Of a stretch of DNA of 27,243 nucleotides, positions 9,842 through 18,015 are shown in pieces. The position numbers and the translations under genes were made by a program. How positions within the stretch are numbered: position 1 is the first letter of the stretch; each line of letters opens with the position of its first letter. Below the pieces are notes generated by a model. It did no database searches. It was not told the DNA's origin and saw only the letters and a program-made list of their open reading frames with translations. The stretch comes from an uncultured archaeon (GTDB taxonomy: Archaea > Iainarchaeota > Iainarchaeia > JAADDC01 > CAZMYQ01), in contig CAZNYH010000078.1 in NCBI GenBank assembly GCA_964577235.1, positions 1-27,243 of the forward strand, read 5' to 3'.

Positions 9842-11229
9842 TGTTGTCATATTTTTTGGCAGTAATATTTTTGTCTATTTTGATGGCAATTTTAGCATAT
9901 AGATATGATATTTTCGAATTATTGGGTCGTTTATTACCTTCTGTTAAACCTCCAAAAAGAGTTCTATCTTTGGATGAAAGGGTTTTTTGGACAGCAATTG
10001 TGATAATATTGTATTTTGTCTTAGGTGCTGTAATTCCTATTGGGTTTAATTTGGAGGCTCCCAGAGCCAAAGAATTAGAAATACTCTCAATAATATTTGC
10101 ATCTAGATTAAATAGTGTTTTGGCATTAGGAATTAGTCCAATTATAGTGGCGTATATTTTAGTCCAACTTTTTGTAGGATCTAAAATAATTCCATTAAAT
10201 TTAGCAGACCCTAAAGACAGAGCAAAATATTCTACTATTGCAAAAGGATTTGCAGTTGTACTTTGTTTTGTAGAAGCAGCAATTTGGGTTCTTGGTGGGA
10301 GAGTTCCTACTATTCCAGGAATGGAGATGTTAGTTATAACTCAAATTGCTTTAGGATCTATACTTTTATTGTATTTAGATGAACTTACAACAAAATATGG
10401 AATATATTCAGCAATTTCACTATTCATTGCAGCAAATGTTTCTCAATCTTTAGTTGCTAGAGGTATTCACGCTTTTGGAGAAATTATTAATTACTATATG
10501 AATCAAGAATTTTTGTTAATGTTAGTTCCTGCCACTTCTATATTGGTGACTATAGGGGTGTTTTTATTAGTTTGTTATCTAGAAAGTATGTATGTGATTG
10601 TCCCTATAATAATAGATTTCACCCAAGCAGCTATGAGTAGAGGATTTCCCTTAAGATTGCTTTATGTTTCGAATATTCCAATTATTTTTGCAGCAGCCAT
10701 ATTTAGTTTAATAATGGTATTTTCTCAAAACTTTCACTATAAAGTATTTTACGATTTCTTTTCCCCACCTGGTTTTAAAATGGGAGAATATAATTTCCCT
10801 GCAATGTTAGAAATGATATTTTCAGGAAATATAGATATTTATTACATTTTTATGACTATTTTACATATGGTGTTGTATTCAATAGGTCTTATTGGATTAG
10901 CAATTATATTTGGACTTTTATGGGTTGATGTTTCTGGACAAGGTCCTGAAGGTATTGCGGAACAATTAATTGCAAGTAGAGCAGGTATTCAGGGAGTTAG
11001 AAGAAATAAAGAACTAATATTAAGAATTCTCAGACAGTATATTCCACCTTTAGTGTTTGTTGGATCTATTTTGGTAGCAATTTTAGCAGCCATAGCAGAT
11101 TGTTTTGGAGCTTTGGGTAGTGGTACTGGTATTTTATTAGCAGTATCTATAATATGGAATGTAGTCAATTTGTTCAAACAAATGCAAATATTAGAGAAAT
11201 ATCCACAATTGAGTAAAATAATATTTTAG
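9838..11229 (+). CDS. secY: Preprotein translocase subunit SecY (Sec61 alpha)
   Basis: LGISPII, ELTTKYGI, SLFIAAN, LLYVSNIP, GSGTGILLAV; multiple transmembrane segments; follows uL15. Confidence 0.96.
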   Translation: MMLSYFLAVIFLSILMAILAYRYDIFELLGRLLPSVKPPKRVLSLDERVFWTAIVIILYFVLGAVIPIGFNLEAPRAKELEILSIIFASRLNSVLALGISPIIVAYILVQLFVGSKIIPLNLADPKDRAKYSTIAKGFAVVLCFVEAAIWVLGGRVPTIPGMEMLVITQIALGSILLLYLDELTTKYGIYSAISLFIAANVSQSLVARGIHAFGEIINYYMNQEFLLMLVPATSILVTIGVFLLVCYLESMYVIVPIIIDFTQAAMSRGFPLRLLYVSNIPIIFAAAIFSLIMVFSQNFHYKVFYDFFSPPGFKMGEYNFPAMLEMIFSGNIDIYYIFMTILHMVLYSIGLIGLAIIFGLLWVDVSGQGPEGIAEQLIASRAGIQGVRRNKELILRILRQYIPPLVFVGSILVAILAAIADCFGALGSGTGILLAVSIIWNVVNLFKQMQILEKYPQLSKIIF

Positions 11230-11262
11230 TATTTATTTTCAAAAATTTTAAATAAAAATAAA
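11230..11262 (+). terminator. Possible T-rich terminator after secY
   Basis: TTTATTTT right after the stop codon, with a complementary A-rich tract downstream; AT-only, weak evidence. Confidence 0.3.
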
Positions 11263-11341
11263 GTAGTTCCTATATACAAGGATATAGATTATATATATTG
11301 TTATGTGTAATTATTAATGCCCTAAAATTGGGGGGGGTTAA

Positions 11342-12169
11342 ATGAAAGAAAAAGCTAAAACTTTTGAAGTGGATGGACCTTTGTTTGAAGAGGTTTTAAA
11401 AAAATTAGAAGAAAGAGGGTTTTTAAAGAAAATTGAGCTAAAAACTGACGAATTTGCTCTATACGGCATAGGAAGTAAACAATATCTAAAAAAACTAGAA
11501 AATGTTTGGGATAGTCCAGAGATTAGACTTATAAGAAAAAATGTTGAGGGAATTATTAACGAAATGTATCAAGAAGAAGTTGCTATTGGTGTTATAAAGG
11601 TTTCTGGGGATATTTTAAAGAAAGAAGGTTCTAAGTTAGTACTTCCTATGATAATCAATAGTCTTGTTAAAAAATGCCAAAAGGAAGTATTTATAAAATT
11701 TACATATGGAGATATAGATCATTTAAAACATATTGTAGGACTTTTGAACGATGTCAAATTAAATAAAGCATTTATTAAATTCGAAGGAAATGTTACTAAC
11801 TTAATGCTAGTAGGCTTAGGAAAAAATAGCAAAATAAAAGAGGTGACAATAAATAACTGTAGAATTTTTGATTTTATGTTTGATGGAAAAGTTAGAGTAG
11901 AAAAAAGTACAATACATGGTAAAGTTGAGGCTCCTAGGATACAATTAGTTAATTCTAATGTTTGGGGATGCGAAATAAAATGTTCAACTATAACAATTGA
12001 AAATAGCAAAGTAGAACACTCAGAAATAGATACGCATCATATTGAGATAATTAATAGTAAAATGGATAATACCCAACTCAGGTACGAGACAATTTACGCT
12101 TATGGAACGCCTTTATCAGGAAAGATACTCAAAAAAGATTCAAAAAATGTTATTATAGTTGCATGTTAA
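11342..12169 (+). CDS. Hypothetical protein (275 aa) with a probable C-terminal parallel beta-helix
   Basis: About 10-residue periodicity in I-x-I/L-x-N-S-x-V/I repeats (VTINNCRI, VRVEKSTI, IQLVNSNV, ITIENSKV, IEIINSKM); G-rich SD upstream. Confidence 0.6.
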   Translation: MKEKAKTFEVDGPLFEEVLKKLEERGFLKKIELKTDEFALYGIGSKQYLKKLENVWDSPEIRLIRKNVEGIINEMYQEEVAIGVIKVSGDILKKEGSKLVLPMIINSLVKKCQKEVFIKFTYGDIDHLKHIVGLLNDVKLNKAFIKFEGNVTNLMLVGLGKNSKIKEVTINNCRIFDFMFDGKVRVEKSTIHGKVEAPRIQLVNSNVWGCEIKCSTITIENSKVEHSEIDTHHIEIINSKMDNTQLRYETIYAYGTPLSGKILKKDSKNVIIVAC

Positions 12170-12210
12170 TTTCTTAATTTTTATTATTTAGTAAAGATTA
12201 TAAAACTTTA

Positions 12211-12810
12211 ATGATTCCTCTGGAGGAAGCCATAAAAATAATTCCTGATGAAGGAAAAGTTGCAATAGGAGATACTAAACTAGATTACATTTTACTTGAT
12301 GCTATAAAAGAACTACAAAATTTAGGAAAAAATGTAATTGCAGTACCTCTATTTACTTATCAATTGCAATATTGTAAAGAAAAAGAAATAGATTTTAAAG
12401 TAACATATAATTCTGATTACTTAATCACAGATATTAACTATTTTGACGAGATTTCTTTTGTGAAGACTTCTTTTCATTCTGTTATTTCAGAAAAACTTTA
12501 TTTTATGAGAAATCCTAACGTGATAGGAATTCAAAATTCCAATGAAAGAATTTTTTCAATAGAGTGTTTAAATCAATATCTTTCATTTACTAAAAGTTAT
12601 ATAAGAGTTTATTGTGATATCTTAAATTCTAGAAATTCTTATTTGGGGTTTACAATTTTAGATGTAAAACCAATTTCTGATAAAATTATTTTGGAAGACC
12701 TTTCCGATATCTTAAAGAAGTTGCCTACTATTATAGAATGTTCAGTTTTCGAAGTTTCGCCATATAGGGTGTTCAAAATAAAGGAAAATAAAATAATTGA
12801 AATTAAGTAA
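12211..12810 (+). CDS. rpiA: Ribose-5-phosphate isomerase A-like protein, strongly degenerate
   Basis: Colinear remnants of RpiA blocks: VAIG, VIAVP, FVK, SEKL, SIE, GFTILD, LKKLPTIIECSVF; glycine-rich substrate motifs are lost. Confidence 0.6.
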   Translation: MIPLEEAIKIIPDEGKVAIGDTKLDYILLDAIKELQNLGKNVIAVPLFTYQLQYCKEKEIDFKVTYNSDYLITDINYFDEISFVKTSFHSVISEKLYFMRNPNVIGIQNSNERIFSIECLNQYLSFTKSYIRVYCDILNSRNSYLGFTILDVKPISDKIILEDLSDILKKLPTIIECSVFEVSPYRVFKIKENKIIEIK

Positions 12811-12818
12811 TAATTTTT

Positions 12819-13298
12819 ATGATAATAACTACCTCTAAAAAACCAGGAAGGAAAACCAGAGCATTTTGTAGAGAATTATCTCTTGTACTACCCACAGCAA
12901 GATACATTTTAAGAGGAAAAAAAGCGCTAGTTGATGTTATTAATATGGATGAAAAAGTGTTAGTAATAGATGAATTAAAAGGAAACCCTTCAAGAATTAG
13001 AGTTTTCATTAATGGAATTTGGAAATTTTCTATATTAATTAAAGGAGTTCAACTTCAACATGAATTACTTAAGAAGAGAATTTCGTTAAATGCATTTGGT
13101 AGTTTTTCAAGAGATAAATATTTAAATATTGCTTTTGGAGAAGGATTATATGATGACTTAGTAGAGGTAAAAATAATGAACAACAAAGTAGGATTTTATT
13201 ATGATAATAATTTTTATCCTCCTTATTTTAAAATAAGGCGAATAAAAAGTCCTGATGGAACTACTATAAAGGAATATCTACAGGTTCAATCAAAGTAA
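12819..13298 (+). CDS. Brix-domain (Imp4-like) ribosome biogenesis protein
   Basis: IITTSKKPGRKTRAFCREL, YILRGKK, ELKGNPSRI. Confidence 0.88.
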   Translation: MIITTSKKPGRKTRAFCRELSLVLPTARYILRGKKALVDVINMDEKVLVIDELKGNPSRIRVFINGIWKFSILIKGVQLQHELLKKRISLNAFGSFSRDKYLNIAFGEGLYDDLVEVKIMNNKVGFYYDNNFYPPYFKIRRIKSPDGTTIKEYLQVQSK

Positions 13299-13548
13299 TT
13301 TTCTCTCCAACCAACAACATTCCTTCTGAGTAAATTCCCTTTATCTTTTTTGGTTCTATGTTATACAAAAACAAACATTCTTTGCCTAAAATTTCCTCTT
13401 TTTTTAAATGTTCCTTGATTCCAGCAATTATTGTTTTAATTTCTCCCCCAAAGTTTACTTGTAGTTTATATAATTTATCTCCAAAATCCTCAACTTTTTC
13501 AATTTTGCCCCATTTTAATTTTAGTTTTAAAAAACTATCTTTGTACAT
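13264..13548 (-). CDS. Stand-alone tRNA-binding OB-fold protein (MetRS C-terminal / Trbp111 / CsaA-like)
   Basis: GKIEKVE, KLYKLQVNFG, TIIAGI, NIEPKKIKGIYSEGMLL; SD AAGGTGA upstream. Confidence 0.9.
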   Translation of the reverse strand: MYKDSFLKLKLKWGKIEKVEDFGDKLYKLQVNFGGEIKTIIAGIKEHLKKEEILGKECLFLYNIEPKKIKGIYSEGMLLVGEKITLIEPVDIPL

Positions 13549-13551
13549 AAC

Positions 13552-13579
13552 ATCACCTTTTTTTATAAAGGTAATTATT
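13552..13579 (-). promoter_or_regulatory. SD-masking hairpin / 17-nt shared element upstream of the tRNA-binding protein gene
   Basis: On -: ATTACCTTT-ATAAAA-AAAGGTGAT, 9 bp with one G-U; AATAATTACCTTTATAA is identical to 25328-25344. Confidence 0.5.
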
Positions 13580-13583
13580 TTTA

Positions 13584-14408
13584 ATGAGGATATTGCTATT
13601 TATAACAGTATTTATAACAATATGTTTTGCGTTTCCTTTTTTTAACACAAAAAAAATTTGGATTTATGAAGTTAATGGTGTAATTGGTAAAGATGTGTTG
13701 CCTAAAGATTTAAAACCTATAATTGATAAATTAGAAAAAGACAGAGATGTAAAATATTTCGTGTTAAAAATTAGTTCTCCAGGAGGAGGCGTTGTAGATT
13801 CATTTGAAATTTATCATATGCTAAAATCGTTAAAATTAAAACGCCCAGACTTAAAAATAGTCGCTTATATTTATAGAGGAGGATATTCAGGAGCCTATTT
13901 GATTTCATTAGGAAGTGATGAAATTGTTTGCCACCCAGGATCATCTTTGGGAAGTATAGGGGTGATTGGAAGTTTCATCTCATTAAAAGAGTTATTTAAA
14001 AAAATAGGAATACAAACTTATGTAATGCGAACTCCTGAAACCAAGGCGTATCCTACAATTTATGATGATTTGAATCAAGAAAAACTAGAAGAATTATATA
14101 GACCATTGATTAAATATTATTATAATATTTTCCTAAATACAGTTAGAAAAGAAAGACATATTAATCCAGAAAGATATGCTGGAAAAATATATTCTTGTTT
14201 AGAGGCGGTTGAATACAAACTTGCTGATAGACAAATGTATTATTACCAATTTATTGAATATTTAAAAGAAAAATTAAAAAGAGAAGGATACAATCCTGTT
14301 GTAGAAAATGTTACTCCTAAAAAAGATTGGTTTGAGGAAATGTTTGGAGAGGTGTTTACATGGTTAAAGTATATATTTGTGGGTCCACAATTGAGTATGA
14401 TGACTTGA
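13584..14408 (+). CDS. sppA: S49-family signal peptide peptidase (SppA-like)
   Basis: N-terminal hydrophobic anchor, ISSPGG, GYSGAYLIS (catalytic Ser region), GSIGV, ETKAY (Lys). Confidence 0.85.
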   Translation: MRILLFITVFITICFAFPFFNTKKIWIYEVNGVIGKDVLPKDLKPIIDKLEKDRDVKYFVLKISSPGGGVVDSFEIYHMLKSLKLKRPDLKIVAYIYRGGYSGAYLISLGSDEIVCHPGSSLGSIGVIGSFISLKELFKKIGIQTYVMRTPETKAYPTIYDDLNQEKLEELYRPLIKYYYNIFLNTVRKERHINPERYAGKIYSCLEAVEYKLADRQMYYYQFIEYLKEKLKREGYNPVVENVTPKKDWFEEMFGEVFTWLKYIFVGPQLSMMT

Positions 14409-16192
14409 AAATAGGAGAATTATATAAAGGAAAAATAGTAGCAAAAGTAAAGTTAGGTTATTTAGTAAGACTTAATCCTATCCTAAAAGGATTGCTAAAA
14501 TTTGTGGATTCAAAAAGAATCCACGAAATTGGAGATGAAGTAATTGTAAAAATTATAGCAATAAGGCCAGAATTAGGAGAAATTGACTTAGTTGAAGAAA
14601 CTCCAGAAAATGTTGAAGAAGAATTAATTGAGAAAGAAGTAGATGTTATAAAAATAAAAGATGTTTCAGAGGGTTTAGTAAGAATTAGAGGGCAAGTTAT
14701 TAACATTATAATTACAGGTCCCACTGTTTTCACAATTACAGATGGAACTTCAATTATTTGGGCTAGTGCTTTAGACGTACCTGGATTAAAAGCATATCCT
14801 GAAATAAATGTCGGTGATTATGTAGAAGTTATTGGAAGAGTAGGATATCACGCTGAGAGACCTCAAATTTTAATATCATCGATGAAAAAATTGGAAGGAA
14901 TAGAAAAAGAATTAGTAAAGAAAGAAATTGAAGAAAATTTAGAAAAATTGAGCCAACCTGAAAAAATAGAGTTCTTGATTCAATCAGAAACTCTTGAAAA
15001 GTTAAAAGATAAATTAGTATTAGCAGCAAAATTAATTAGAAAAGCCATATTTACAGGAAAACCTATTTTGATAAGACATCATTATGATTGTGATGGAACT
15101 TGTGGTGGTTTAGCATTGGAAACTGCAATTCTTGAATTAGTAAAAAAAGTAAATCCACATCCAGAAGCTGAATGGTATTATATAATCAGAAAACCTACTA
15201 AGGTGCCATATTATCATGAAGAAGATGTAATTAAAGATATTGTAAATGCTTTTGAAGATAACTTAAGATTCAATCAAAAATTGCCTTTAATAATTGTAGT
15301 TGATAATGGATCTGGAAGTGAGGATATACCTGCTTATAAAAGGTTAAGAAATTTGGGAATAGATATAATTGTTATTGATCATCATAAGCCATATATTGAA
15401 AATGGAAAATGTCCTGTTGATGATTATGTTTTATGCCATGTAAATCCAAGATTACATAACCTTTCTGGAGATTTTACAGCAGGAATGTTGGCAACTGAAA
15501 TAGCCTTGTTAGTAAATCCTAATATAAAAGAAAAAATTAAACATTTGCCAGCATTAGCTGGAACGGGGGATAGATCAGAACATCCAGATTATGAAAAATA
15601 CTTAAAAATTGCAGAAGAAAAAGGATATAATAAAGAATTTTTGAAGAAAATTGCAGAATGTATGGATTATGAAGCATTTTATTTAAGATTTATGAGTGGT
15701 CGAGGTTTTGTTAATATTATTGCTGGATTAGAAGATTATGAACTATGCAAAAAATACGTAGAAGATTTATATAAAATAGTTAAATCTAGACAAGAAAGAC
15801 AATTAAAGGTAGTAATTCCTCATGTTGTAGAAAAAACAATTGAAGATTGGAAAATTATCTTCATAGATGTGGAAAAATACGCTTATAAATTTGAATATCC
15901 AGCTCCTGGAAAAACAGTTGGATTAGTAAAAGATTATTTTGATGGAGATTATCCATTAGTTACAATAGGTCATGGGCCAGATTTTATAATAATTAGAGCT
16001 AATAAAAAAGCAGTTGAAAAAGGATTTGATGTAACCGATTTATGCAACTTTTTAGATAATTATGTCAAAGATGCTGGTATCTTAGGAGGAGGACACGAAG
16101 ATGCAGGTTCTATAAAGTTTATTGAAGGAAAAAAAGATGAGGTTATACTTGGAATTGAAGAATACTTTAAAACTAAGATTACTAAGATATAA
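14360..16192 (+). CDS. RecJ-like DHH phosphoesterase/exonuclease with S1 and OB domains (HAN/COG1107-like, no N-terminal Zn finger)
   Basis: RHHYDCDG, VVDNGS, IDHHKP, VNP, AGTGD, GGGHEDAG; S1-like GKIVAKVKLGYLVRL; OB TGPTVFTITDG; SD GAGGTG upstream, inside sppA. Confidence 0.88.
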   Translation: MVKVYICGSTIEYDDLKIGELYKGKIVAKVKLGYLVRLNPILKGLLKFVDSKRIHEIGDEVIVKIIAIRPELGEIDLVEETPENVEEELIEKEVDVIKIKDVSEGLVRIRGQVINIIITGPTVFTITDGTSIIWASALDVPGLKAYPEINVGDYVEVIGRVGYHAERPQILISSMKKLEGIEKELVKKEIEENLEKLSQPEKIEFLIQSETLEKLKDKLVLAAKLIRKAIFTGKPILIRHHYDCDGTCGGLALETAILELVKKVNPHPEAEWYYIIRKPTKVPYYHEEDVIKDIVNAFEDNLRFNQKLPLIIVVDNGSGSEDIPAYKRLRNLGIDIIVIDHHKPYIENGKCPVDDYVLCHVNPRLHNLSGDFTAGMLATEIALLVNPNIKEKIKHLPALAGTGDRSEHPDYEKYLKIAEEKGYNKEFLKKIAECMDYEAFYLRFMSGRGFVNIIAGLEDYELCKKYVEDLYKIVKSRQERQLKVVIPHVVEKTIEDWKIIFIDVEKYAYKFEYPAPGKTVGLVKDYFDGDYPLVTIGHGPDFIIIRANKKAVEKGFDVTDLCNFLDNYVKDAGILGGGHEDAGSIKFIEGKKDEVILGIEEYFKTKITKI

Positions 16193-16665
16193 TGCCATAT
16201 TTTTTCTTGGGTGTAGATTCAGGAATATCATTAGGAGTCGCTTTGATTGATATAAATGGTAATTTAATATATAAAAATACATACAGGAACTACAAGTTAT
16301 ATGAAGTTTTTAAAGACATATCAAAATACGGGAAACCAATAATAATATGTTCTGATAAGAAAAAACCACCTGAATTAATAATTAAAATGTCAAAATATTT
16401 TAACTGTCCTTATTTTAAATTAAAAAAAGACCTATATAAGCATGAAAAAGATGATTTGGTTAAGAATTTTGAAATAGAGTTAACAGAACATGAAAAAGAT
16501 GCTTTGGCGTCTGCATATTATGTTTATAAGCGATATCTTCCAAAAATTTTGAAAATAAAGAGAATTTGTAAAGAAAAAAAATTTAGTGAAGAACTTGTTG
16601 GAAAAATCTTATGCGATTTGGTGAAAGGAATTAAGATTTCTTCTTCGATATATGATAAATTTTAA
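16192..16665 (+). CDS. Stand-alone DUF460-like RNase H-fold (YqgF/RuvC-like) protein
   Basis: LGVDSG..GVALIDINGN, YGKPIIICSD..PP, EHEKDALASAY; TAATG-coupled to the upstream nuclease. Confidence 0.72.
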   Translation: MPYFFLGVDSGISLGVALIDINGNLIYKNTYRNYKLYEVFKDISKYGKPIIICSDKKKPPELIIKMSKYFNCPYFKLKKDLYKHEKDDLVKNFEIELTEHEKDALASAYYVYKRYLPKILKIKRICKEKKFSEELVGKILCDLVKGIKISSSIYDKF

Positions 16666-17348
16666 TCAATTTCTACGATAAAATATTTTTCTGCATCATA
16701 TATTTTGGCATTTGGAAATTCTTCTTTTATATCTTCAATTGTCCATCTGTGAGATATAAATCTATAATCATCAACCCAAATAATTACATCTCTATTTTTT
16801 GAGTCAAACCAAAAATTTGGAATTTTTCCATACTTTTTTATAGCAAAATCCCAAACAAAATCTAAATAAGCATAAGAAGATAACGTTTCTATCATTTTGT
16901 CGTAACTTTTAACGTCTTTGTATTTTGTAAGTGAAAGAATTATCTTTTTTGCATAAGATTTCCATAATTTTAAAATAGATTTTCTCTCTTCTTTATAAAA
17001 ATTTCCAAAAGTATTATTTAAGCATATAATTACATAATTATCCTCTTTTTCAGGTTTCCATATTGTAAAATCAGCCTCAATAACTTTCGTTTTAGGGTAT
17101 CGTTTATTTTTTAAATATTCTATAAAAAGTTTATTTTTATCTATAGCCCAAATTTCTTTAATATTTTTGATGTTATAAAACCACTCTATTTCTTTTCCCG
17201 GTCCCGCACCCATATCTATTAAAATACAAGGATATTTAATTCCTTCCAAAATATTTCTAATGATTTCTTTTTCTTTGTTTCTCCATTTTCCATACCATTT
17301 ATCTTCGTAATTCTTAGGGTCTGAATAAATTTCGTAAGTGTCTTTCAT
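16662..17348 (-). CDS. Class I SAM-dependent methyltransferase, substrate unknown
   Basis: Motif I LIDMGAGPG, motif II WAIDKN, IEADF, NNTFGNF. ATG 17348 preferred to GTG 17366. Confidence 0.82.
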   Translation of the reverse strand: MKDTYEIYSDPKNYEDKWYGKWRNKEKEIIRNILEGIKYPCILIDMGAGPGKEIEWFYNIKNIKEIWAIDKNKLFIEYLKNKRYPKTKVIEADFTIWKPEKEDNYVIICLNNTFGNFYKEERKSILKLWKSYAKKIILSLTKYKDVKSYDKMIETLSSYAYLDFVWDFAIKKYGKIPNFWFDSKNRDVIIWVDDYRFISHRWTIEDIKEEFPNAKIYDAEKYFIVEID

Positions 17349-17353
17349 TAAAA

Positions 17354-17956
17354 TTATTTGAACCACTTTAAAACTCCTTCTTTATATTCTTTATCATAAT
17401 CAAAATTTATAGGTTCAAATTCAACAAAACTTGAAATTGGAATTACAGTTACAGTATGAGAAGCTTTAACCCAACCAGTTTGGGCTATTTTTGAACATAA
17501 TTTTGTTAATTCTTCTAATGAGTTAGTATACGTAATCATAAGAATATCCCACTCTGTTCCTTTAAGAAGTAAAATAGCCCTTACTATGTTTGTTTTCAAA
17601 ATTTCTCTATCTATTTTTAGAATTTCATTTACGTAAAATTTAGATTCCCATCCAGTTGGATAAGAGTCAGGTGGTCTATAGATTGGAGGTTCTATTCTCA
17701 CTTTTAGAAATGTTAGATATATCCTATCAAAAACATTTAAAGGATTTATAGTTGTAACTTTTTCAGCAACTATTATGTTTTTTTCCTTCAATTTCTTAAT
17801 TGATTTTTTTACCTCTTCTTTTGTAATTTTTAATTCATTGGCAATTTTTTCTATTTCATCTTCAGACAAGTTTTTTGGTTTAGTTAAATAATTTAACACT
17901 TTAACATCAGTTTCTGAGAGTTGATTTATAATTGCTCTATCCCATACTTTTTCCAT
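17354..17956 (-). CDS. Lrp/AsnC-family transcriptional regulator
   Basis: LSETDVKVLNYL, HTH IANELKITKEEVKKSIKKLKEKNII, C-terminal RAM-like GTEWDILM..NSLEELTKL..VKASHT. Confidence 0.78.
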   Translation of the reverse strand: MEKVWDRAIINQLSETDVKVLNYLTKPKNLSEDEIEKIANELKITKEEVKKSIKKLKEKNIIVAEKVTTINPLNVFDRIYLTFLKVRIEPPIYRPPDSYPTGWESKFYVNEILKIDREILKTNIVRAILLLKGTEWDILMITYTNSLEELTKLCSKIAQTGWVKASHTVTVIPISSFVEFEPINFDYDKEYKEGVLKWFK

Positions 17957-18015
17957 TAATTACTTTAAAAAAGCAGAAACTTAATATTTTAATGATTAAA
18001 AGAGAATGGTGCAAA

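Noticed and set aside
11268-11290. CCT..TATAC..AGGAT similarity between the spacers before 11342 and before rps19e (25280-25302)
   Set aside because: Spacing differs and stems are only 4-5 bp; too weak to call a shared site
13264-13548. Split MetRS as a novelty
   Set aside because: Stand-alone Trbp111/MetRS-C-like proteins are well known in archaea and bacteria
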